Shown here in pieces: positions 29,387 to 46,977 of a stretch of 64,000 nt of DNA. The notes beneath the pieces are model-generated. The model did no database searches, was not told the origin of the DNA, and worked only from the letters and a program-made list of their open reading frames with translations. The DNA comes from the human T2T-CHM13v2.0 reference genome, Homo sapiens. The position numbers and the translations under genes were made by a program. Position 1 is the stretch's first letter. Each line of letters starts with the position of its first letter. The stretch is from the NCBI RefSeq assembly GCF_009914755.1, contig NC_060935.1; one strand, given 5' to 3'.

Positions 29387-31610
29387 GCACAAAGGCACTT
29401 ACAATAGGAGCATCAAGGGAGAAGAGGAGAAGTAAGATGGGTGGGAAGAAGTTAGGTCTTGCAGGTTGCAGAAAATGTCATCATCAGGAGAAGGAGGAAA
29501 GGCATTTTAGCTGAAGAAATGGCAAAAGCAAAGGCTAGGAAGAGTAAAACTTCCAGTACTCTAGAAAATCCCAAGTGGTCTCTGTGGCAGAGGTGAAGAG
29601 ATGTGACACAGACCTTACACAGGAGCAGCAGGAAGCCATCCCAAGTTTGAAAGTAGGGAAAGGACATGAGGAGAGCAGAACCTACAAAGATTTCTCCAGG
29701 CAGACGTGAAGGAGAAGTACTAGAGTCCAGGAGACACCTTAGGAAGCTACTGTAATCACACAGGAGTGACACGAGGAGGACCCCACAGGAGGGTGGACGG
29801 AGGGGAGAGGGAATTACAAGAAGTATTTCATATGTAAATGGCAGGAGTTTATGATGTTTCTCAATCCATAGACTTACTTTCTAGAGCTAGATGAGGTTCC
29901 TCAGCTTACAGATGGGGAAACCGAGGCACAGCTAGGGGAAGTGAGGGTTTCCAGGACAATAGGTTTATGACTTGAAGTTTTCTCTGGGCCTCCTGGGAGA
30001 GGAGGCTCAATCCTTCCAAGATCTGACCTTTTTTAACTCTTAATTCAGACAATTCCCAACTGAGGGGGATGGGCAAAGGTGAGGCTGTGGCCCAAGAAAC
30101 CCCTGCAGGAAGAAAAGAGGGAGGAAGAGGACGACCCCCTTTGGTATCTGGATGCTGAGAGTCCCACTCTGAGATCCCAGCCTCCTTAAAGAGAGCACTC
30201 TTGGTCCCAGACTCGAGCATGGCTGTCCTGCAGGGAGCTTGGGGCAGTGCTCAGGCCCTGGGAGGGGTGTCTGGTGGTGGGCAAGGTGCCACCACGAGCT
30301 GGTCCAGGAAGTGCCTCTGTCACGTGCGTGCCTCCCCAGTGTCCTGTCCCACACCTGGCACCATGGCAGCACTGGGACAAGCACAGCGCTGGACTCAGGA
30401 GTCAAGAGCCCTGGAATCTACTGCCTTTCTGTCCTGCCACTCAGCAAGCTGGCCTTGAGCTTGCCACTAGCACTCCCATGTGATAAGGCCCATGAAGGCA
30501 TGAACTCACACTGAGGAATGCTATGCTAAACACGGCCCTCTTCCTGGAGAGGAAAATGGAAAAGCCCCAGGCGGGGGAGTATTATCACAAAACTGTCAGC
30601 ATGTCTACATTTATCAGATTAGTTAAAAGAAGAGACAGGGCTGATCGTAATCATTCCCGAAATATGTGCAACTATTCAGCTTGCAACTACTCCCACACAC
30701 AGGCCTCTCATTTGACTTTCAAAAATTAAAACAAAAACACTCAGGACAGGTGCTGCTATTCCATTTTACAGGAAGCAGGTTCTGAGAGATTCAGACTCAA
30801 TCCATATGTATTAAGTGTCCATCTCACGCCAGCGCCTGGACAGAGGTACCAGCAGCTGCTAGAATACAGTTAGATCCGTTCGCACTGGTCCAAAAAGATA
30901 CTCCATGAGAACAGGGTTACATGTCAAACAAGCTTAGGAAATACTCCAGACTTTATCCCTCCCGCTTCTGATGAATCGCTGTGCCTATTAAATTACTCAA
31001 GGCCCTGCCTGGGAAGTCCTGCTTAGCTCTGTTCAACATCTCTCCCAAGTACATGGCCATGGAACCGCCTTTTACACACAACTTCTTAACAGCCTGCAGA
31101 ACTTGGGTTTTGTGGAACACATTCTTGCAAATGCTGACCTGAGCAGTAGAAACAGAGCACTGAAGATGGGATTTCAGACAATCAGATGAAGAATACATCC
31201 TGGGGCAGCATCTTGCCTCTGTCTATCAACTCACAGCAGAAGCATCTGCCTTTTCCTGGGCTTCGGAATACAGCGAGCTGATGGGGCCAAGTTCTGTGGG
31301 ACTGTTAGTTGTAGTCTCAGCTGGCAAGTCAAGGACCAAGCCTCGGCTGCATCAGAGCTTGTCTGTGGCTCTGGACCCGTCGTTTTCAGGTGGGCGCAGG
31401 GTCAGGCATCTGGAACAGCCAAGACACAGATGTTCCAGCCACTCTTGGATCCCCGCCTGGGCTCCTGCCTTCCCTAATTCCAATATTTGGCTGCCGCTCT
31501 CGCCTAATTCATATTCCAATGTCAACACTGCATAATCTCCCCCAAACACTGACAGCCTTGGAGTGGGAAAGGGGAAGGGACAGCTGATGAGCAGGGGCGG
31601 TAGAGACCCA

Positions 31611-31646
31611 GGCAGAGGCAGAGGCAGAGGCAGAGGCAGAGGCGGA
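31611..31646 (+). repeat. (GGCAGA)5 hexamer repeat plus one variant unit
   Basis: Direct count. Confidence 0.95.
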
Positions 31647-31899
31647 GGGAGCGTGGGGGGAGGAGATGGGCAGAAGACAGGAAGTTCCCCAAAGCCCTTA
31701 GCAGGCAGCACTCCCCCAGACTCTCAGCTGAGAGAAGAGGACCTCCAAGGAGTCCCAGAGGCACCCAGCCGCCACCCCGGGCAGTCAGTGCCACAAGACA
31801 GAGAAGGGAAACAGAGCCCCCACAGTGGTCAGGCTGGGCTGCCTGGGAGGGGAGTCTTGTATGCTATGCAGGAAAGAGAGCAAGACCGCCAGTCAGGAC

Positions 31900-32400
31900 C
31901 CTTGGTCAAGCTCCAGCTCTGCCCCTAACTAGCTGTGTGACCTTAGGCAAGTCCCTCAACCTCTCTGGGCTTTATTTCATGTATTAAATGAAGAGTTACC
32001 CATCTCTGAGACCCACCAGCTCTAACATTTGGGAGGAGGCTGTAGAGCATCAGGAGGAAACAGCCCAAGTCTGAGTGTGAAGCTGGATCTGTCCTGGCTC
32101 TTCTACCTCATGGGACTCCAGCATCCTCATCTGTAAACTGGGAGTAATAATAGTGGCTACATAGCCAGAGCTTATTGGGATTAAATGAAACAGAGCATGT
32201 AAAGCACAGATTTCCCAGCTGGGCTGTGAAGGGTAGGAGCAGCTGGAACCAGCCTGAAGACCCCAGACTCACACTCACCGAGCACTTTCTCTCCCCGGCC
32301 CTGGCCATGCCTCGCTCCCCGCATCTTCACAGGAGCTCTGTGAGGGGGAGACTGTTACTAACCTGTATTACAGAAGAGGAAACTGAGGCTTGGTAACTGG
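31900..32400. mobile_element. Cluster of MIR fragments
   Basis: actagctgtgtgaccttaggcaagtccctcaacctctctggg; ctcatctgtaaactgggagtaataatag; acagaagaggaaactgaggct. Confidence 0.75.
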
Positions 32401-32861
32401 CTCACGGTCACCCAGCTGGAGGATGACCAAGGTCTGTCTGATGGCAGGACCAGGGCTGGCTCAGGATCCCACGCTGTCTTTCCAAGCTTCCGGACTGGCT
32501 AAGGAGTGGGCCTGGCTGGGAGAGGGATCCGGTCCAGGGATGCAGAGCTGCTGAGTGCCCCTTGCTGCTGGCGACCGCCTGCACCTTCACACAGTCTCCG
32601 CGCTCCATAGGCTCCTGTGTCCATCCGGACTGGCCTCCGCCCCCATGCGCACCCCAGATCCCAGCCCTACCCCACCTACCCCCACCATGTCTGCCCTCAC
32701 CACTCTTTCCTCCCACCCTCCCCCACACCCATTCCGAGGCAACTGTTCTCCCTGGTTCTCACTGCAAACTCTCAGGAATTCAGTGACCTCCACCGAAATT
32801 TTCCCCCAGGGCCACATCCAGGCCAAAGTCCCAAGGAGGGCTGCTGATAAATATGGGTGAT

Positions 32862-32880
32862 ATTTGCATGTGATTTGCAT
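32862..32880. promoter_or_regulatory. Tandem octamer (POU) motifs
   Basis: ATTTGCAT gtg ATTTGCAT, 11-bp period. Confidence 0.55.
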
Positions 32881-34489
32881 ACACTTCTAAGGCCCTGGAA
32901 GGCAGCTTTTAAGAGAAGCATTATCCAGGCTATACCCTCCTTCTTATCTATTTCTTCACATTCCTTTGAGCCCAGCCCCCACACACACCCACCTCCTCTT
33001 GTCCCCACCCTACTCCACCCCTCCCTGCACTGGTCCCCCTTTCCTATTTCTCAATGTGTAACTAAGTAGGAAGAGCAAAAGTTTTAACAATAACAATTGC
33101 TGTTTATTGAGCAACTATCTGCCAGGCATGGCCCCTCACAACAGCCACCAAAGGAACTACTATTTGAGGGTGTCTGAGTGGACCCAGTATCCGTCTTCCC
33201 AGCCCCTGTTCAGAACCAAGTGAGATGAATTTCAGACTTGACTATTGGTGAAGGTGATTTCGGAGAATACATCTTAGGTCTGCGGTTTCCTAATACTGAA
33301 CCCCAGAATAAGACAAAACGACTCACTCCCAGACTGCTGGACTTCGCCCCCAGAATCCAGCCTCCCCTCACAGAGACAGAGCTGGCCCCTGTAAAACTTG
33401 AGGTAGAGAAGAGCGTGGAGAGAAGGCTTGTCTCCGCAGGTGGGCAGAGCTCCAAAGAGAAGAGAAGGAAGGGGCTGCGCCGCACAGGCAGTGACTTGGT
33501 CCCAGGCGCACCAGTTAGGCCAGTCACCCCCTCCTCCCTGGGGAATATTGGGCTGGGCCCAGGCCAACCTTGTTAACAGATGACCCCTCTACAAGGACGG
33601 AAATATCAGGAGTGGATGGGAAGTGCTCCCCCTGTTTTACAGAGGTGAAAGCTGAGGTTACTTAACAGAGAGTTTACCTAACTTGCCCAGGGCCACTCAG
33701 TAGGGAATGGTGGGTGGGCACTGGAACCCAGAGCCTATGGTCTTTCACACCACCACGATTATGTCTCAGAGAAAAGCCCACAGTCCAGGGGAAGGGAACA
33801 GAGAAAGCGTGGGAAGAGGATGGAGGGAGGATGGAGGAGTGTGCAAACGTGGGTCAAGTGCAGCTGGGGGAAACCTACGGTCTCAGAGCCAGAGCACGGA
33901 GGCCTCTGGACACCATGGAGTCCAGGGACCCACTCTCACACGCCCACAGGGTAAAGCAGCCTGTAAGTGAGTGGGTGGCAGGGAAGACAATAGGGAGTGG
34001 TAAGGACTGTGGTGAACGGAACAGGGGCAGGCCCAGACCAACTCCAGGCTCTCCTGGTCATGCAGCAACACAGACTCAGAGTCACCAGATCTTCTGACTC
34101 TTCAAGAGATGCCAGAAATCATATTATGACTTGAAATCTCCCTATTTGTATATGTTGGCTCAATGCTTTAATAAAAGAACAAACTCTATTCAGGCAAGCA
34201 AAATGTCACTGCCTTTTGGCTTCAGCCCACTGGCACAACCAGCAACCTCAAAAAATGCAATCCCATCACCTCCCAAATGTGCTCACTGGAGTGTGAGCTG
34301 CTGAGCTCCAGGACTGGCTGCATCTTTGTCTCCTGCCATCTCCCCAGGCTGGCGTCCTATGTGCTCAGTCTCAGGGAACATCCATGGAAGCCTCTCCCAG
34401 AGCCAGCAGGTGGAGATCCAGGTCTCCTGACTCCTGGTTCAGTGCTCCTGCCACAAACTCACAGCTCATCTCACTGCTTTCAAGGAAGT

Positions 34490-34935
<446 letters not shown>

Positions 34936-35056
34936 CAGGGAAGCTGATGACAAAGATGAAAAATGCATTGGCATAGGTCAGAATGCCAGCTCTGCCATGT
35001 CACCACCGGAAGACACTCTGAGCCTGTTTTCCCACCTGTTAAACAGACACAGCATC

Positions 35057-35379
35057 GGCCGGGCGCAGTGGCTCACACCTGTAATCCCAGCACTTTGGGA
35101 GGCCGAGGCGGGTGGATCACGAGGTCAGGAGATGGAGACCATCCTGACTAACACAGTGAAACCCCGTCTCTACTAAAAATACAAAAAAATTAGCCGGGCC
35201 TGGTGACGGGGGCCTGTAGTCCCAGCTACTCAGGAGGCTGAGGCAGGAGAATGGCATGAGCCCAGGAGGCAGAGCTTGTAGTGAGCCGAGGTTGCGCCCC
35301 TGCCCTCCAGCCTGGGTGACAGAGTGAGACTCCGTCTCAAAAAAATAATAATAATAATTAATAAATAAATAAATAATAA
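35057..35379 (+). mobile_element. AluY
   Basis: Y diagnostics; (TAA/TAAA)n tail; TSD agacacagcatc. Confidence 0.93.
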
Positions 35380-35672
35380 CAAGACACAGCATCATCTGCC
35401 TCACAAGCCTGCCTTGAGGAGAAAATGAGGGCAGGTACACAAGAGTACTTTGTAAACTCTTAAGCAGTGATTTTTCAAACTACAATTCCCAGCCAATAAA
35501 TGGGTCACAAGCTCAATTTAGTGGGATTTGACTGGCATTGTTTCCAGTGAGATAGAACGGAATAGAAAACAGAAAGAGTATATATTATTTCATGAAACTT
35601 ATACACGTATGGGAATGCTAGGTAACAACACATGTTTTCTTCCTGTGAGTAGTGGTCAAAAACTTGTATTTA

Positions 35673-36298
<626 letters not shown>

Positions 36299-36453
36299 TG
36301 TACACCGCTCTAAACATAGGTGTAAATCTTCCTGACCTCGGATCAGGCAATGATTTCTTAGAAATTACACCCAAGCAAAAGCGACAAAAGAAAAAATAAT
36401 CAATTGGACTTCACCAAAATTAAAAACTTTTGTGCATCAAAGAACATTATTAA

Positions 36454-37273
<820 letters not shown>

Positions 37274-37402
37274 CATCACAAAAGTGAAAGAGCAATCCAC
37301 AAAATGGGAGAACATATTTGCGAGTCATATATCTTACCAAGGCCTAGTATTTAGAATATATAAAGAACTCTTTCAATTCTACAATTTTAAAACTCAGTTT
37401 TA

Positions 37403-37703
<301 letters not shown>

Positions 37704-37868
37704 CCTCAAATTTAAAAATGGGCAAAAGACTCAAATAGATATTTCTCCAAAGAAGATATTCAAATGACCGGCAAACACAGGAAGAGATGGTCAACATCAT
37801 TAGTCACCAGGGAAATGCAAATCAAAACCACTATGAGATATCACTTCACACCCACTAGTCTGGCTATA

Positions 37869-38581
<713 letters not shown>

Positions 38582-38893
38582 TAATCAAAAAGACAAACAA
38601 TAACAAGTGTTTGAGAGGATCTGTATAAGGATTTTGTCAAAATTCTTATACATCGCTGGTGGGAACGTAAAATGGTACAGCCATTTTGTCAATTTTTCCA
38701 AAAGTGAAACATAAAGTTACCACATGACCCAGTCACCCTCCTAGGTACCTACTCATGATACATTAAAAAATACCTTCATACAGAAGCTCATACACCAAGG
38801 TTCACAGCAGCCTTACTCATAATAGTCAAAAGATGTAAACAACTCAAATGTCCACCAACTGATGTATGGGTAAACAAAATGTGATCTAGCATA

Positions 38894-39630
38894 TGATATG
38901 GTTTGGAGGTCTGTCCCCTCCAAATCTCATGTTGAAATGTGACCGCCAATGTTAGAGGTGGGCTGGTCATGGTGGCTCACGCCTGTAATCCCAGCACTTT
39001 GGGAGGCCAAGGCTGGCAGATCACCTGAGGTCAGGAGTTCGAGATCAGCCTAGCCAATATGGTGAAACCCGATCTCTACTAAAAATACAAAAATTAGCCA
39101 GGCATTGTGGCAGGTGCCTGTAGTCCCAGGTACTGAGGAGGCTAAGGCAAGAGAATCACTTGTAACTGGGAGGCGGAGGTGGCAATGATCCAAGATCACA
39201 CAACTGCACTCCAGCCTGGGTGACAAGAGCGAGACTTCATTTCAAAAATATATATATATAATGTTGGAGGTGAAATCTGGTGGGAGGTGTTTGAATCATG
39301 GGGGCGAGTCCCTCATAAATGGCCCAGTGCCATTCCCGTGGTAATAAGTGAGTTTTCTCTTTGGTAGTTCACGTGAGACCTGGTTGTTTAAAGAGCATGG
39401 CACCTTCCGCTTCTCTCTCCATCCAGCTCTGGCCATGAGATACAGTGGCCCCCGCTTCGCCTTTGGTCATGATTGAAAGCTCCCTGAGGCCTCCCCAGAC
39501 GCTGAGCAGATGATGATGCCATGCTTGTACAGCCTGCAGAACCGTGAGCCAAACAAACCTCTTCTCTTTATAAATTGCCCAGTCTCACATATTTATTTAT
39601 TTTAGTAATGCAGGAACAAACTAAGAGACA
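38894..39630 (+). mobile_element. MSTB-type LTR with an AluS inserted at about 38960-39260
   Basis: tgatatggtttgg...caaatctcatgttgaaatgtga...cagcctgcagaaccgtgagccaaacaaacct. Confidence 0.88.
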
Positions 39631-40066
39631 CATACAATGTGATATTATTCAGCCATTAAAAGGAAGGAAGTGCTGATACACACTACAACATGGATGAACC
39701 TTGAAAACATTATGCTAAACCAAAGAATCCAGTCACCAAAGGCCACATATCACAGGATCCCATTTATGTGAAATGTCCAGAGTAGGCAAATCCATAAAGG
39801 CAGAAAACAGATCACTGGTTGCCTGGGCTAGAGGCAGTGGGTAATGGGCAGTGATTACTAACGGGCATGGGGGTTCTTTTGGGGGCAATCAAAATGTTCT
39901 GACAGTAAATAATGGTGATAGTTACACAACAATGTAAATATACCAAAAGCCACTGAATAGGACACTGTAAAAGAGTGAATTCTATGTGAATTATGTCTTG
40001 AAAAAATACACTGTTCTAAAATATTGTACATGTGGAATTTATTTGTGCTAAAGAAGATGAGGCAGG

Positions 40067-40598
<532 letters not shown>

Positions 40599-40869
40599 CT
40601 AAAAATGCTCATACCTCTTGCCTCGGACTTTCTATTTGGGGGACTATAGCCTTCAAAATGACTCTCAAAAGCAAGTAGCAATAAATACAAGTACATTCAT
40701 TGCAACATTGTTTGTAGTTGAGGGGAAATTGATAAATATTACCCAGCAACTGAGAAATGATTAAGTAATAATCAGGATATAGTCAGACAGTGGACAACTC
40801 GGCAAATCTAGGATCTGAGAGTTAGTATTAAGTGGAAGAAAAGTTATGCAAACAGCATGGATGGGGAAG

Positions 40870-41545
40870 AAAGGATAACTTTTTCAGGACAGAAGAATTC
40901 CAACTAATAAACTGGATAGCCTCAAAGTATCTCCACCCAAAGTATCTCCAGATGCTTATTAATTGCAAAGAGAATAGTCAGTTGAGTCCGTTGACAGTGG
41001 AGAAACCCAGAAGATGCCACCTTAACCAAGTGATCCAGGTTAACATCACCAGTAACATCACCAGACATATGGCCACCACGCAACCCCTGAGAAAGACACA
41101 TTACTTCTGCGGCTGCTCGTAACTAAAATGCGTAATCTCAGTCTAATTATGAAAAAGCAACAGACAACCCAAATAGAGGACTATCCTACAAAATAAGTGA
41201 CAAATACTCTTCCAAAGTGTCAAGGTCATGAGAGACAGAGAAGGGCTGAGGAGCTGTCCCAGCCTGTGGGAGACTAAGGAGGCCTGTCAACTAAATGCAG
41301 TGTGAATCCTGGGCTGCATCCTGGAGCCAAAACAAAGCTATTAATAGAAAAACCGGGGAAATCTGAACGAAAGTCTGTAGGTTAGTTAGTAGTAGTGTGT
41401 CAATGTCAATTTCTTGGTTATGATCATTGTATTATGGTTACGCAAGACAGTAACATTAGGGAAAGCTAAGTGAAGGATATTAAAGGAACTCCGTACTATT
41501 TTTGCAATTTTTTAGTAAGTCTGAAATTATTCCAAAATAAGAAAC
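40870..41545 (+). mobile_element. L1MC3/4-like 3'UTR
   Basis: gtggagaaacc...ccaccttaaccaagtgatccaggttaacatcaccagtaa...gtaagtctgaaattattccaaaataa. Confidence 0.8.
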
Positions 41546-41609
41546 ATTTTGAACAGAATGGATTTTATCATCTTAATTTAATCTGGTGAGCATTAGCTAG
41601 TTATCTTCA

Positions 41610-42518
<909 letters not shown>

Positions 42519-42829
42519 TGCGTCTTCCCAGCCAGCATCCCCAACACCTCTCCTCAGGCCAAGCCCTATTTCTCTTGAGGCTCTGTGCTGTTCAGTGACA
42601 CTAACCTGCCCCCCAGCCAGCCAGCCTTGGCCCATCAGCACATTCTGTCTCCAGCCTCTGAGATTGGTGCAGGGACGGTATGTGACCTGACCTGAGGCCA
42701 TGAGACCTGAGACATTTGCTGCCAGCTCCTGAGAAAGAAGCTTCCTCGCTTCCAGAACAAACACTCTCTCTCCTGTTAGACCCGAACAAGGACGCCATCG
42801 TGCTCCAATGAGGGTCTGAGAATACATGG

Positions 42830-43614
42830 ATAAGCAGACTGTTTCTCCCACTATACACTCACAGTGGGCTTCTTACACCAGATGGGTGTTTGGGGAGGCG
42901 TTCCCACATAGTAAGCAAGCAATCAATTACGCAGCAGACACCAGTTCGGTGTCCTCTAATTCAGTTCACTTCCCCACCTGGAGATAGCGTCAGGTTCCAC
43001 AGGCTAAGGACTCAGTCCCCAAGATGCTCCCCTTCTCCCGATGCCAATCACAAGTCCCAGAGTATTTTAGCTGTGCTTCTGACCAACTGACTATAATTGA
43101 GGTTCCCACAATCCCCTCATTGGTTGGATTAATTTGCTAGAGCAGCTCACAGAACTCAGGGAAACACGTTGACTCACTTATTATAAAGGATACCACAGAG
43201 GACACAGATGGGCAATGCATAGGGCAAGGTATGGGGGAGCAGAGCGCCATCCTCCAGGAGCCCCGTGTGTCCAGCTGTCCAGAAGCTCTCCAGACCCTGT
43301 CCTTCAGGGTTTTTATGGAGGCTTCATTACACAGGCGTGATTGATTAAGCCATCGGCCATTGGTGATCAACGTAACTTCCAGCCCCTCTCCCCTCTAAGA
43401 GAGAATGGGAGTGGGGCTGAAAGCCCCAGTCCTCTAATCCTGCCTTGAACTTTCTGGAGTAGCCCCCATCCTCAAGCTACCTAGGGGCTGCCAGCCAACT
43501 GTCAACTCATTAGCATACAAAAAGACACTTACCACTTTGGAGATTCCATAGATTTTAGGAGTAACATGCCAGGAAATGTGGACAACAACTCAATATGTAT
43601 TTTACGATATCACA
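42830..43614 (-). mobile_element. MER21A/B LTR
   Basis: cagacaccagttcggtgtcctctaattcagttc...gattaatttgctagagcagctcacagaactcaggg...atatcaca. Confidence 0.85.
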
Positions 43615-44009
43615 AAGGGGAGCCAGCCTCCAGATGAAACCAGCAAAATGGGACCCAGAGTGGAGAGACAAGGACACTGGTCCAGGGGCTACTGATTCAA
43701 GCCTCACCTGAAACCCACATCACCTCCAGACTTCTGAGCTATGTGAGCCGCTAATTCCTTCTTGGGTTTAAGCCAGCGAAGTTTCAGCTCTCTACTCCTT
43801 GAGACTGAAAGAGTTGACTAACTCCTGTGAGGCTGGATCCATGAAAACAAAGGCTGTCATCATGATCAGGGCTCTCATCCTATCTCAGCTCCATTTCCCT
43901 CTGGGTTGGTTTTGCCCTTAGGCAGGCCCTGCTTTCCTAGTGACAAGATAACACCTAAAATCCAAATTCAGCTTAGCAATCCCCCTGGAAAGAAAGTATG
44001 TCTTTTATA

Positions 44010-44410
44010 CCAGTCAGGTGTCTGCTGCACCAATGCCATGCAACAAGCACTCTGAAAATCTCAGTTGCTTATAACAACCATTCCTTTCATACTCATGGGT
44101 CTGCAGGTTAGTTGGGGGTTGTTAATATCAGAGTTAGGCTGGACTCCAGTCTCTGGTTAGGTTCAATTTGCCCCACAGTCTCCATCCTGGACTCCAGATG
44201 AAGGTGCCATGGTCGCCTGGGTGTACCTTCCTTTCTCATGGTGGGCAGGAGCTCTAGAGGGGCAAGCGGAAACACAAGATACTTCTTTAAGGCCTAGCTT
44301 GGAACCCACACATCATCACTTCTACCGACATTCCATTGACCAAAGCAAGTCAGTGGCTGAGCTCACCATGGATGGTGTGGGGAAGAATATTCACCCACAG
44401 TGAACCATGC
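44010..44410 (-). mobile_element. MLT1J/K-like LTR
   Basis: aaatctcagttgcttataacaac...catcacttctaccgacattccattgaccaaagcaagtca. Confidence 0.7.
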
Positions 44411-44689
44411 AAGGGAGGGAGGGAATGAAGAAGCCTCAGCAAAACTCCATCAAACACGTCTTCCTCAACAGTGCCTCAAAGATCTTGGAACTGACTCATT
44501 GGCCTGGCCTGGGGTCAATGCCTGAGGGAGGTAGGAGTAAGGGTACAGCTAGGGGTCTCCCATATGGGAAGAAGGGTTATTTCCCAAATGGAAGTCAAGG
44601 TGTTGCTGACACAAGAAAGGGCAATGGATCCCACATAGGCAATGAATAAATAATTACATAAACCAGCACTCAGCAAACGGCAACGTGAA

Positions 44690-45295
44690 AATAAATCACC
44701 TGAGATGCTATTACAATGCAGATTCTGAGAGCCAGGCATGGTGGCTCCGACTGTAGTCCCAGCTACTAGGGAGGCTGAGGCTGGAGGATCTCTCAAGCCC
44801 AGGAGTTCGAGGCTGCAGCAAGCCACAATCGCACCACTGCACTCCAGCCTGGAAGACAGAGCAAAATCTCATCTCTTTAAAGAAAAAAAATTCATTTAAT
44901 AAAAAATAATGCAGCTTCTGATTCAGTAGGTCCAGGGTGGGGCCTGAGATGCTGCATTTCTTTTTTTTTTTTTTTTTTTTTGAGACGGAGTCTTGCTCTG
45001 TCACGCAGGCTGGAGTACAGTGGCGTGATCTCGGCTCAGTGCAACCTCCGCCTCCCAGGTTCAGCAATTCTCCTACCTCAGCCTCCTGAGTAGCTGGGAT
45101 TACAGGCACGCACCACCATGCCCAGCTAATTTTTAGAGACGGGGTTTCACCATGTTGGTCAGGCTGGTCTCAAACTCCTGATCTCATGATCCACACGCCT
45201 TGGCCTCCCAAAGTGCTGGGATTACAAGCGTGAGCCACCGAGCCCAGCTGAGATGCTGCACGTCTAAACAGTCCCAGATGATGCTAGCAAGGACC
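44690..45295. mobile_element. MER5A with FRAM/FAM monomer (44730-44890 plus) and AluSc-like (44961-45249 minus)
   Basis: aatgcagattctg...tctgattcagtaggtccagggtggggcctgagatgctgcatttc...tcccagatgatgct. Confidence 0.8.
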
Positions 45296-46175
45296 AGTAG
45301 CAATGAGCAAGACTGAAATTGGGAGAGTCTCTCAGCCTTCTGATGCCACATTCTCATTTACAAAATGATAATTCCACCTGCCACACAGACTTTTCTCAGC
45401 CAGGAAGATGGTGCCCTCGGGGGGATAAGGTGATGCGACATTTGTGCTGTCACTCACCTCCTGCCTGCCCCCTGCACCTCGAGGCCTCCCTCAGCCCCCA
45501 GGAAAGGACTCACAGCCCAGCCAGCAAGGAGACAGGAGGAAGATATCACAAAGTGAGTGCAGCTTCTGTTAACTGCCTTAAGCTGCTCCCTGCAATAATG
45601 TTGGTGTAATCCATAAGATTCAATTATGGTTATCAGACAATTAGGCACACCACAGCGAGGTTATTGCATAATTAATGCTCAGTCCCCATCTCAGCCTCTG
45701 AGAGTGACACAGGTTACAAGATTCACCTGCCCCGCATCTGGGAGAGGAGCAGGGGCACCCAGGATGGGGAATGACCTCCCTGTGGGCTCAGAGGAGGATG
45801 TTCTTAGGACCCCAGAGGCATGGCAAAGGGACAGTGTGTGGCTGAAAGAGCTTGAGTCAGTGTGTGCCCAGGGCCCTCACGCCTGCCATTGTGTTTAGGA
45901 CTTGGGCTTTAATCTCTGGAGCGAGATTCAAATCCTGCCTCAACTACTGATTGGCTATATGGCATTAAGCACTCGCCTTACATTTTTAAAGCCTCCATCT
46001 CCTTGTCTTTTAAAGAAGGGAATTGATGATGTTATGAAAACTGGATGAGAGAGTTTGCATATTGGTTAGATGGTTCCTGCAGTACTATTTTCATTATTTC
46101 CCTCTCTGAGCCTCAGTGTCTTCATCTGTAAAATGGGAATAATTAGCCTCACCTTGCCTAGGCTTGAAAGATCAG

Positions 46176-46243
46176 CCGGTAGTTTGAGACCTGCCTGGGC
46201 AATATAGCAAGACCCTGTTCACCACAAAAAAGGAAAAAAAAAA
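46176..46243 (+). pseudogene. BCYRN1: 5'-truncated BC200 RNA retropseudogene inserted in a MIR
   Basis: gagacctgcctgggcaatatagcaagaccctgttc..aaaaaaggaaaaaaaaaa carries BC200-diagnostic ACCTGCC, AATATAGC, GTTC and AAAAAGGAAAA; TSD tgaaagatcag at 46165-46175 and 46247-46257. Confidence 0.85.
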
Positions 46244-46423
46244 GGATGAAAGATCAGTTTGTGAGTCAAGTAAGACACACATGTGAACGGGATGTGTGGA
46301 GTGCTTTGCTAACGCGCCATTGTCTTAGTTACTATGTGCCTGGTTTTCTGCTCAACCCTCCAGGGTACGACTTTGTACAAGTCCCCAGGTCTCAACAGGA
46401 CAGTGGGTGATCAGCCCACCTGA

Positions 46424-46779
<356 letters not shown>

Positions 46780-46977
46780 TAACATTCAAATGAGCCTCAA
46801 CGGACACAAAACAGAAAAATCATCAAAAATGTCGGTGAAAAGTTCAGGTGGGAGAACTCAGGTGATGGTGCAGACAGAAGCAAGTAGGGGAGAAAGCTGG
46901 CTTCAGGGAGAGTGGTTAGGCCTTTGTGAGAAAGACTGGGGACTTCTCATATCATCCTCTGTGTCCCAGTTCCCAAA

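Noticed and set aside
31563-31928. RG-repeat ORF resembling an RGG-box protein
   Set aside because: Derived from the (GGCAGA)n repeat.
33238-33576. ORF beginning TIGEGDFGEY, resembling a kinase glycine-rich loop
   Set aside because: No VAxK lysine or other kinase subdomain follows, the start is non-ATG and there is no convincing exon structure; treated as chance.
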